25,025 bases of DNA. It comes from Candidatus Methylomirabilota bacterium. Lineage in GTDB: Bacteria > Verrucomicrobiota > Verrucomicrobiia > Limisphaerales > DATKEE01. The position numbers and the translations under genes are program-made. Of this stretch, positions 17,752-25,025 are shown one piece after another. The notes beneath the pieces are model-generated. The model saw nothing but the letters and a program-made list of their open reading frames with translations. It did no database searches and had not been told where the DNA came from. Each line of letters opens with the position of its first letter. The first letter of the stretch is position 1. The DNA lies in the NCBI GenBank assembly GCA_035544555.1, contig DATKEE010000310.1:1-25025 (forward strand). The letters are read 5' to 3'.

Positions 17752-17990
17752 ACTTTACCGCGAACTTTACCGCAAACTATGCTCGCGCTTGTAACGTCAC
17801 ACGCCGAGGAGGGTTGGACAGTGAAAGCCGCGGCTTACCAGGACCTGTGCGTCAGCAAAGCCGAATTGGATGTGGAGCAACGACCCGCAGGCATGGAACT
17901 GTCAGGCCGCGTCGTGTTGATGCTGCGAGCTTTGTCTGGAAGCCGCCCGGAGTGGATTCCACCAGTTCGCGGTAAAGATTGCGGTAAAGT
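17752..17990. mobile_element. 239-bp element bounded by 27-bp inverted repeats (MITE-like / cassette remnant)
   Basis: Left actttaccgcgaactttaccgcaaact (17752-17778). Right end (17964-17990) reverse-complements to actttaccgcaatctttaccgcgaact, 24/27 identical. Each end is built from a 12-nt tandem unit. Confidence 0.6.
17803..17934 (+). pseudogene. Possible C-terminal remnant of a four-helix-bundle (23S rRNA IVP / Avd-like) protein
   Basis: VKAAAYQDLCVSKAELDVEQRPAGMELSGRVVLMLRAL resembles the last two helices of this family (A..AA.LD.......L......G.ELL.R...ML..L), from recall only. Confidence 0.45.
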
Positions 17991-18040
17991 TCAACCACCT
18001 GCCTACAACTCCACGATTCTGGGGAGGATTCAACCAGTGC

Positions 18041-18067
18041 AAATATTGAATGTTGAGACCTGACCCC
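18041..18067 (-). repeat. Single GGGGTCAGGTCT-type repeat end
   Basis: Minus strand reads ggggtcaggtctcaacattcaatattt. I recall this as a common repeat/element end; no partner seen in the window. Confidence 0.45.
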
Positions 18068-18125
18068 TCCGGCTTACGGATGCTACCGAAGTGATGGAGT
18101 GGCGCCTTGTTCCCCCATCCCTCCT

Positions 18126-18149
18126 CGTAGCAGCGGACGTCAGTCCGCT
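18126..18149. repeat. REP-like hairpin
   Basis: cgtagc followed by agcggac-GTCA-gtccgct, a perfect 7-bp stem at 18132-18149. Confidence 0.5.
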
Positions 18150-18265
18150 CTGACTCTCCTTCCGGGACAGAACTCCCAAATCTCGAAAACGCCACCCCGC
18201 CCGCGCGCCGTGCAACCTCAACGGCACCTTGATTCCTGTTCCGCCCCCGGTATGGTTGCCGGACC

Positions 18266-21200
18266 ATGCTCAAGTCTGATTCTGTCGTCACCCCCGTGCC
18301 GCTGTCCGAACGTCCCGGTGCTTTTCGGCCCGCGTTCATCGGCCTCCTGTTCCTCTCGCTGTTCCTGATGTCGCCGCCCGGTCTGTCGGCGGCCGAAACC
18401 GGCGAGCCCGCGCCGGATTATCAGCCCACCGTGTTTCCCGCCTCCGATGAAGGGCGCCTTGCGATTGGAAGGTTCCGTGTCACCGACGGACTGAAGGTGG
18501 AACTCATCGCCGCCGAACCCCTGCTCGCCAATCCGGTTGCGTTCGACATCGATGTCCAGGGGAGGATTTACGTGGTGGAGACGTTCCGGCATTCCTCCGG
18601 GGTGCTGGACATTCGCGGCCGCCGGGGCTGGCCCAGCCGCGAGTTCCGCGACAGCATCCCCGCCGGCCGCCGGGCGCAAATCCAGGACGAACTCCTGGAC
18701 CGCGATCTCGCCAATCGGACGGTCGAGGACCGCGTCGAGATGCTTGAGGAATTCATGGGGCCCGACAAGATCGCGGGCATGTCGCGCGCCTCGGAGCGCC
18801 TGCGATTGCTGGTGGACGACGACGGGGACGGGATCATGGACCGGGCCACCGTGTTCGCCGAGGGATTCCACAACGTCGAGGACGGCATCGCGGCGGGCGT
18901 GCTGGCCCGCGGAGACGACGTGTATTTCGCGAACCTTCCCCATCTCTGGTTTCTCCGCGACACGGACGGCGACGGGGTCGCGGACGAGAAGCGCTCGATG
19001 CATCATGGATTCGGCGTGCGCGTGGGCTTTCTCGGCCACGATCTTCACGGCCTTGTGATGGGTCCGGACGGTAGGCTCTATTTCAGCATTGGCGACCGCG
19101 GCGCCACAGTGACCACCCACGAAGGCAAGGTCTTGTCCGTTCCCGACACGGGCGCGGTGTTTCGTTGTGATCCCGACGGCTCGAATCTCGAAATATTCGC
19201 GACCGGATTGCGGAACCCGCAGGAACTTGCCTTCGACCAGCACGGCAATCTCTTCACCGGGGACAACAATTCCGATGGCGGGGATCAGGCCCGATGGGTG
19301 TATGTCGTCGAGGGCGGCGACAGCGGGTGGCACATCGGCTGGCAGTTCATCGAACGTCCCAATTCGCGCGGTCCCTGGAACTCCGAGCGCATGTGGCATC
19401 CACAGAACGATTCCCAGCCCGCCTCGCTGATACCGCCCATCGCGAACCTCGGCAATGGCCCGTCCGGCCTGGCCTATTACCCGGGAACCGGACTGCCCGG
19501 ACGTTACGCGGATCGTTTCTTCCTCTGTGACTTCAAGGGATCGAGCGCCAACAGTCTCGTGCATTCGTTCGGCGTCCTGCCGAGGGGAGCCGGGTTTGAG
19601 CTGACCGATCGCGAGGATTTCATTTCCGGCGTGCTGGTCACCGACGTGGGTTTCGGCATGCAACCGGGCGTGTATATCAGTGACTGGGTGGAAGGCTGGA
19701 ACGCACCTGGCAAGGGCCGCATCTATCGCATCTTCGAGGAATCGCTGGAGGATTCTGCACTTGCGCGGGAGACGCGGCGGCTGCTCCAGGAGGGAATGAC
19801 GCAGCGCTCCGCGAGGGAATTGGCCGGGCTGCTCGCTCATCCGGACATGCGCGTGCGGCAGGAGGCCCAGTTCGCTCTCGCGGATACCGGGCGTGGGGCA
19901 CTTCGAACTCTGCGCCGCGTCGCCAACCGTCACACCAACGAACTGGCCCGAATTCACGCGATCTGGGCGCTGGGTCAGATTGGGCGGGAACAACCCGCGG
20001 CGCTGCGTTCGCTCGTGCCTCTGCTCGAGGAAGACGCCCCGGAGATTCGCGCCCAGGCGGCGAAGACCTTGCGGGAAGGCAACGTCCCCCAGGCCTTCCA
20101 ACCCCTCCTGCGCCTGACCCGCGACGACAACGCCCGCGTGCGGTATTTCGCCACGATGACCCTGGGCAAAACGGGCCGGACGGATGCGATTTCCGCCATT
20201 CTCGACGTTCTGGAGTCGAACAACGACCGGGACCTGTGGCTGCGTCATGCGGGCGTCATGGCATTGACGGAGTTGGGCAACGAGGACGCCCTCCTCGCCA
20301 ACCTCACTCACGACTCCGCCTCCGTTCGCATGGGCGTTCTGCTCGCGCTCCGCCGGTTGGAGCGCGCCGAGATCGCCCGTTTTCTCGAAGACTCCGAACC
20401 GCGAGTGCAATTGGAAGCCGCGCGGGCGATCAACGATCTCACGCTGACCGCAGCCATGCCGGAACTGGCGCGGTTGATCGCCCAATCCGAGATGTCCCAG
20501 GCGCTCGCCCGCCGTGTCATCAACGCGAACTACCGCGTGGGAACTCCGGAAACCGCGGCCGCATTGGCCCGATTCGCGGCCGGACCGGCCGGCGTTGAAC
20601 AACGCGTCGAAGCTTTGAACCGCCTCGCCGCCTGGGCGCAACCGCCCGGACGCGATGCGGTGACCGGTCTGTGGCGTCCCGTGGCCGAACGCGATGCGAC
20701 GCCCGCCGCCGACGCCGCGCGTCCTTTCCTGCAGGACCTGCTCCGCTCCGACAGCGCAGCCATTCAGCAGGCCGCCGTCCGGCTGGCGGCGGAGCTGGAC
20801 ATCGGTGAAGCCGGCGACACCTTGTTCGCCCTGATCGGGGATGCCTCGGTCGCGGCGGAAGTTCGAGTCGAGGCGCTCAAGGCATTGTCCGCATTGAACG
20901 ATCCACGCCTGCCTGACGCCGTGCAACAGGCGTCGGTGGATGATGACGAAACATTGCGGAAGGAGGCCTTGCGCCTGCAAGCGCGGGTCGGCGAACGCAA
21001 CCCGCTGGTTCCACTCACAGCCGTCCTGCAAAACGGAACCCTCTCCGAGAAACAGAACGCCCTGAGCACCCTCGGCGGGCTGAAGGGAGAGGACGCCGAC
21101 GCGCTTCTGCTGGCGTGGATGGACCGCCTGCTGGAAGGGAAGGTGCCCGCTGAATTGCAACTCGACGTTCTGGACGCCGCCGCCATGCGTTCCACACCCG

Positions 21201-21700
21201 AGATTCAGGCCCGTCTCGAAAAGTATCAGGCGGGACTGCCGGAAGACGATCCCCTGGCCGGTTACCGCGTGGCCCTGCGCGGTGGAAATGCCGCGAATGG
21301 AAAACAGATCTTCTTTGAACGGATCGAAGTCTCCTGCTTCCGGTGTCACATGATCGACGGAGAGGGAAGCGAAGTGGGTCCGAAGCTCGACGGCATCGGA
21401 GCCAGGCAGAACCGGGAGTATCTGCTTCAGTCGATCATCGACCCGAACGCGGTCATTGCGCCCGGCTATGAAACGGCCGTCATTCTCCTTGAGAACGGGG
21501 CCATCCATATCGGCATCATCAAGGGCGACACCGACGAGGAACTCGTGATCCACTCCGTCGAGGACGGTCTGGTGACGATTGACAAAGCGGACATCAAAAT
21601 CCGGCAGGCCGGCCTTTCCGGGATGCAAGAGGATCTGGGCAGTTTGATTTCGAAGCAGGAACTCCGCGACCTCATCGAGTTCATGGCCGGCTTGAAATGA
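18266..21700 (+). CDS. PVC-type heme-binding CxxCH protein (beta-propeller dehydrogenase-like domain, HEAT repeats, cytochrome c)
   Basis: Hydrophobic leader; LIAAEPLLANPVAF, DTDGDGVAD, HDLHGLVMGPDGRLYFSIGD, GLRNPQEL; HEAT helices (HPDMRVRQEAQFALA); CFRCH followed by VGPKL, SIIDP, and SGM axial Met. Confidence 0.92.
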   Translation: MLKSDSVVTPVPLSERPGAFRPAFIGLLFLSLFLMSPPGLSAAETGEPAPDYQPTVFPASDEGRLAIGRFRVTDGLKVELIAAEPLLANPVAFDIDVQGRIYVVETFRHSSGVLDIRGRRGWPSREFRDSIPAGRRAQIQDELLDRDLANRTVEDRVEMLEEFMGPDKIAGMSRASERLRLLVDDDGDGIMDRATVFAEGFHNVEDGIAAGVLARGDDVYFANLPHLWFLRDTDGDGVADEKRSMHHGFGVRVGFLGHDLHGLVMGPDGRLYFSIGDRGATVTTHEGKVLSVPDTGAVFRCDPDGSNLEIFATGLRNPQELAFDQHGNLFTGDNNSDGGDQARWVYVVEGGDSGWHIGWQFIERPNSRGPWNSERMWHPQNDSQPASLIPPIANLGNGPSGLAYYPGTGLPGRYADRFFLCDFKGSSANSLVHSFGVLPRGAGFELTDREDFISGVLVTDVGFGMQPGVYISDWVEGWNAPGKGRIYRIFEESLEDSALARETRRLLQEGMTQRSARELAGLLAHPDMRVRQEAQFALADTGRGALRTLRRVANRHTNELARIHAIWALGQIGREQPAALRSLVPLLEEDAPEIRAQAAKTLREGNVPQAFQPLLRLTRDDNARVRYFATMTLGKTGRTDAISAILDVLESNNDRDLWLRHAGVMALTELGNEDALLANLTHDSASVRMGVLLALRRLERAEIARFLEDSEPRVQLEAARAINDLTLTAAMPELARLIAQSEMSQALARRVINANYRVGTPETAAALARFAAGPAGVEQRVEALNRLAAWAQPPGRDAVTGLWRPVAERDATPAADAARPFLQDLLRSDSAAIQQAAVRLAAELDIGEAGDTLFALIGDASVAAEVRVEALKALSALNDPRLPDAVQQASVDDDETLRKEALRLQARVGERNPLVPLTAVLQNGTLSEKQNALSTLGGLKGEDADALLLAWMDRLLEGKVPAELQLDVLDAAAMRSTPEIQARLEKYQAGLPEDDPLAGYRVALRGGNAANGKQIFFERIEVSCFRCHMIDGEGSEVGPKLDGIGARQNREYLLQSIIDPNAVIAPGYETAVILLENGAIHIGIIKGDTDEELVIHSVEDGLVTIDKADIKIRQAGLSGMQEDLGSLISKQELRDLIEFMAGLK

Positions 21701-21764
21701 TCCGTCCCCTCATCCCGCGATTTCAGGGCATTGACTTGGCCAACGGGCTTCTGGAAAGTCCGGC

Positions 21765-22511
21765 ATGGACTGGATAACCGACCCGCAGATTTGGATCAGC
21801 CTGCTGACGCTGACATTGCTTGAAGTTGTCCTGGGCATCGACAACCTCATCTTCATCTCCATCCTGAGCGGCAAGCTCCCGCCGGAGCAGCAGCGGTCGG
21901 CCCGGCGGACCGGACTGATACTGGCCCTGGTGACCCGGGTGATGCTGCTTTGTGTCATTGCCTGGGTGGTGCGCCTGGACCAGCCGTTCATGGAATTCTC
22001 CTTCGCGGGTCATCCCTTCGCTTTCTCCGTCAAGGATCTCATCCTGCTCGTCGGCGGTTTGTTCCTGCTCGCGAAAAGCACGCACGAAATCCATGAAAAA
22101 CTGGAGGGCGACGACGGACGCGTGACACGGCGAATCACCCCCTCATTCGCCTCCGTGATCGCGCAAATCCTGATGTTGGACATCATCTTCTCCCTGGACT
22201 CGGTGATCACGGCCGTCGGCATGGTCAGGCACATTCCGGTGATGGTGGCCGCGGTGGTCATCGCGATGATCGTGATGATTGCCTTCGTCAACCCGATCAG
22301 CGATTTCGTGGAGCGCCATCCGACACTCAAGATTCTGGCGTTGAGCTTCCTGATCCTGATCGGAGTGATGCTGGTTGCGGAGGCGTTCCATCATACCATC
22401 CCGAAAGGCTACATTTACTTCGCCATGGCCTTTTCCGCGGGCGTGGAATTCCTGAACCTCCGCGTCCGAAAGCGGCATGCCCAGGTGCGCCTGCACCAAC
22501 CGTATCGCTGA
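21765..22511 (+). CDS. terC: TerC family integral membrane protein
   Basis: LEVVLGIDNLIFI, DIIFSLDSVITAVGM, HPTLKILALSFLILIG, IPKGYIYFAMAFS. Confidence 0.93.
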   Translation: MDWITDPQIWISLLTLTLLEVVLGIDNLIFISILSGKLPPEQQRSARRTGLILALVTRVMLLCVIAWVVRLDQPFMEFSFAGHPFAFSVKDLILLVGGLFLLAKSTHEIHEKLEGDDGRVTRRITPSFASVIAQILMLDIIFSLDSVITAVGMVRHIPVMVAAVVIAMIVMIAFVNPISDFVERHPTLKILALSFLILIGVMLVAEAFHHTIPKGYIYFAMAFSAGVEFLNLRVRKRHAQVRLHQPYR

Positions 22512-22514
22512 AAT

Positions 22515-22750
22515 ACCGGCGTTCCCCACTGGAAGTCAGTGGGGAACGCCCGCCTTTAACCAGGCTTGCCGCCTGATCCTCCTTGGCGTCATGACAGCCC
22601 GGGGGCTGACGAAAATCTCCGCATGAATGTGAATCCTTCCTTTCTCCGGAAAATTTCCCCGCACGTTTCCTGTCGCCTTCCAACTCGAATTGTACGCCAA
22701 ATGTAAGCTGTGTGGGTCGTCCTCCTGCGGTGCTCTTCCTCCGTGGGTCG
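22515..22750 (-). ncRNA. Candidate GGA-rich structured sRNA (speculative)
   Basis: Minus-strand TTGACA (22779-22784)-N18-TATTAC (22755-22760). 14 GGA on the minus strand vs 3 on the plus strand over 22523-22742. Several small hairpins and a terminal 14-bp hairpin. Confidence 0.3.
22518..22550. terminator. Perfect 14-bp hairpin, terminator-like or REP
   Basis: ggcgttccccactg-gaagt-cagtggggaacgcc, 6 nt after the terC stop; only short U-tracts on either strand. Confidence 0.6.
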
Positions 22751-22946
22751 CGATGTAATACCCGAACCCCCTCGCAAATGTCAAAGCTGAATTTCCATTT
22801 CCTCTCTTTTTTTCCTCCCTCTTCCGCGTGAAACCGAGGCAACAGGGCGCGATGAACAAGCGGGGAAACTTTCGGCTTTCACTTCCGGCCTTTTGTCGGG
22901 ATAGTGGGGCCGTTCCTATTGCGATCCACTCGAACCCCCGTTCAAC

Positions 22947-23360
22947 ATGAAACCCAACCGTCTCCTCTCCGGCCTGCTGTGCATCACACTCCTCGGATTG
23001 ACCTGGGGCTGCGGTGGCGGAGCCTCCGTCGATACCGACCCCCTGGAATCCGCCTTCGCGTCCGCTCCTCCGGAGGTGAAGGGCCCGGTGGACCAGGCCG
23101 TCACGGCCTTGAACAACCGGGACTTCGTGACAGGAGCCAACGCACTGCTGGCCGCCACAAAGGCCGGCTATCGGGATTTCACCGAGCCACAAAAAGCCGC
23201 CTTGTACGATATCGTTGAACGGACCCAGATCGTGATGGTCGAGAACCCCGAACTTTATTCCGGTGAGGTCGAGGATGTGTTTCGCGTACTCGTTCCCGCC
23301 ATCGAGGGCAAAGCTCCAATGACAGTCCCCAGAATGGATCCACCCGAGCCCAACCCATAG
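22947..23360 (+). CDS. Small hypothetical lipoprotein
   Basis: MKPNRLLSGLLCITLLGLTWG-C lipobox followed by short helices. 137 aa. Confidence 0.75.
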   Translation: MKPNRLLSGLLCITLLGLTWGCGGGASVDTDPLESAFASAPPEVKGPVDQAVTALNNRDFVTGANALLAATKAGYRDFTEPQKAALYDIVERTQIVMVENPELYSGEVEDVFRVLVPAIEGKAPMTVPRMDPPEPNP

Positions 23361-23445
23361 GACCTCGCCGGCCTTCCAAACCCCAGGCACGACCGCGTCC
23401 CGCGATTCATCCCTGCCCGTCCGCCACGCCGCCCGGCGAGACGAA

Positions 23446-25025
23446 TCATTGCACTGTGCTCAATCGAGCCTCCGGTTCCAGCTCGACTCGAAGATTCCGG
23501 AACCGCACCTCCATCGGTCTGCCGGAATGCAGTTGAAAGGCAAGAATTCCCTCGCGGGCGCCCGCCTCATCCTCCCAATCCACGCAAACATTCCCGTTGA
23601 TGGCGGTCAGCAACCTCGGCCCGACGGCCACAATCTCGTACGTGTTCCAGTCGCCCTTCCGGACATGCGCGTCGCCCGGTTGATCCCTCAACAGCCCCCG
23701 GCCGTGCTCCTCATATAATTTTCCCCACCAGCCGGCCCCAATGTCCGCCTGATAACCCTTCACCGATCCTTCCTCCCAGGGTTCGCTTCTGAACTGGACG
23801 CCGCTGTTGCCGGTGTCCGGCACCAGCTTCACCTCGAGCACCAGCCGGAAATCACCCAGCAACAGCGGTCCACGAAGAAACGCGTTCGTCGTCAATCCCT
23901 CGCTTCGCCCCACAATCTCCCCGTTCTCCACGGTCCACAGATCGTAATCGCCCTCCCACCCCGTGAGGTCCACGCCGTTGAACAACAGATCCACCTGGTC
24001 CGGGTCCGGGCGCATCGGGACTTGTCCGGATCCACGCAGATAGGCCACGAGATCGCGCACCTCGTCCGCCTTGAGCACGTCGAGCAACCCTTCGGGCATC
24101 ATGGAAATGTCACTCTGCTCCATGGAGGCAATCTCGCCCCGGGGAATCGTGAGGGTGTCGTTGACCAGCGCCAGCGTGACCGAGCGTTCGTCCTGCCGCA
24201 GCACAACCCCGCTGAGGAACCGGTCATCCGTCGTCTCGATCGTGGTCGTCAGATAGTCGTTCGGAATCACGGCGTTCGGATCCACCATGTTCTCCAGCAG
24301 GTAGTCCAGATCTCTACGGTTGGATCCCGTCAGGTCGGGTCCGACACGCCCTCCCACATCGTACAACAGGTGACATTGCTGGCAGACCCGGGCGAACACG
24401 GCGCGCCCCCGGTTCAAATCCGGATCGGACTCCGCTTCGGCGGAAAGCATCCGCTTGTAGTTCTGAATCTGTTCAAGCTTGTCGGCGCCGCTCGTGCGGG
24501 CGATGCCCCACAGCTCGCTCACACGCGCGTTGATTTCCGGATCCTCGAAGCGCCGAAGCTGCCGCACCAATTCCGCGGTCAGGTCCCTGACCGGCACGTG
24601 TTCCGTATTCACGGCATCCAACAATTGCCGGGCAAACGCCACTCGAGCCGTGAGCGTGTTCAAGGCATCCCTCTTCTCCGGTCCGCTCAACTCCGGGTAA
24701 ACGGCCAGAATCGCCCGCGGAATCGCCGGATCCTCGTAGGCTGCCATGGCGCGCAACGCCGGACTCCGCAGCGCCGGGTCCCGGATCAGTCCCGGCAGGA
24801 GCGCGGCCAACCGCGGATCCCGCGCCTCCAGAAGTGTGTTCAAGGCCGCGCGACGGCCCTCGGGGGAGGCCGACCCATCCGCCACCTGCCGTCGCAGCGC
24901 CTCAAACGCCTGTTCGCTGCCGAAGGTCACGGAGAGCGATTGCGCCAGTTCGCGGACGGTCGCGTCCGTGCTCCGGCTCAATTGTTCAGCCACCGCTTCC
25001 CAGCCGGCGGGCATCGTGACCTTGC
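23446..25025 (-). CDS. PVC-type CxxCH heme protein with C-terminal DUF1080 (3-keto-disaccharide hydrolase-like) domain, 5'-partial
   Basis: Frame is open to the window edge. HEAT-like helices, CQQCH, VGPDLTG, MVDPN, SMMPEG; then LFNGVDLTGWEG, NSGVQFRS, GYQADIG, WNTYEI, LQLHSG. Confidence 0.92.
   Translation of the reverse strand, partial: KVTMPAGWEAVAEQLSRSTDATVRELAQSLSVTFGSEQAFEALRRQVADGSASPEGRRAALNTLLEARDPRLAALLPGLIRDPALRSPALRAMAAYEDPAIPRAILAVYPELSGPEKRDALNTLTARVAFARQLLDAVNTEHVPVRDLTAELVRQLRRFEDPEINARVSELWGIARTSGADKLEQIQNYKRMLSAEAESDPDLNRGRAVFARVCQQCHLLYDVGGRVGPDLTGSNRRDLDYLLENMVDPNAVIPNDYLTTTIETTDDRFLSGVVLRQDERSVTLALVNDTLTIPRGEIASMEQSDISMMPEGLLDVLKADEVRDLVAYLRGSGQVPMRPDPDQVDLLFNGVDLTGWEGDYDLWTVENGEIVGRSEGLTTNAFLRGPLLLGDFRLVLEVKLVPDTGNSGVQFRSEPWEEGSVKGYQADIGAGWWGKLYEEHGRGLLRDQPGDAHVRKGDWNTYEIVAVGPRLLTAINGNVCVDWEDEAGAREGILAFQLHSGRPMEVRFRNLRVELEPEARLSTVQ

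Noticed and set aside
17698-18063. Intact 121-aa gene
   Set aside because: The frame runs through both inverted repeats and into another repeat end; only the ~45 central codons look protein-like.
18218-21628. 1136-aa minus-strand ORF
   Set aside because: Antisense shadow of the motif-rich CxxCH gene, with no recognisable motifs. Long shadow frames are expected at this GC content.
22589-22777. 62-aa minus-strand ORF and tiny ORFs MRRFSSAPGLS / MTPRRIRRQAWLKAGVPH
   Set aside because: TTG start overlaps the promoter-like element, composition is not protein-like, and no motif is present. A micropeptide cannot be excluded without ribosome profiling.
23364-23440. 8-bp inverted repeat ctcgccgg / ccggcgag between convergent genes
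   Set aside because: Short, GC-only and with a 61-nt loop; expected by chance.

Overview
GC-rich bacterial chromosomal window. The marker content (prepilin/H-X9-DG protein, two PVC-type CxxCH heme proteins, DUF5069-like protein, Tat-exported Gfo/Idh/MocA) points by inference to Verrucomicrobiota or another PVC-superphylum member. It holds about 21 real CDSs, read from left to right. First is a tightly coupled minus-strand three-gene operon of unknown function (secreted Ig-like/3-TM protein, 615-aa helical-repeat protein, lipoprotein). Next come a prepilin-like gene, an oxidoreductase and a PhnB/VOC gene broken by one in-frame TAA. A fragmented ebo cluster (eboC, eboD, eboF; no eboA/B/E) is interrupted by a VapBC-type TA pair and a beta-carbonic anhydrase. 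It is followed by leuB, DUF5069, an alkaline-phosphatase-superfamily enzyme, HupE/UreJ, a membrane-anchored GNAT-like protein, a 1144-aa CxxCH protein, TerC, a small lipoprotein and a partial CxxCH/DUF1080 protein. Intergenic spaces carry several unrelated repeat families, including an inverted-repeat-bounded four-helix-bundle gene remnant, plus a GGA-rich structured region that may be a Csr/Rsm-type sRNA. I found no rRNA, tRNA, CRISPR array, integrase or intact transposase. All family assignments come from motif reading and recall, not database searches.
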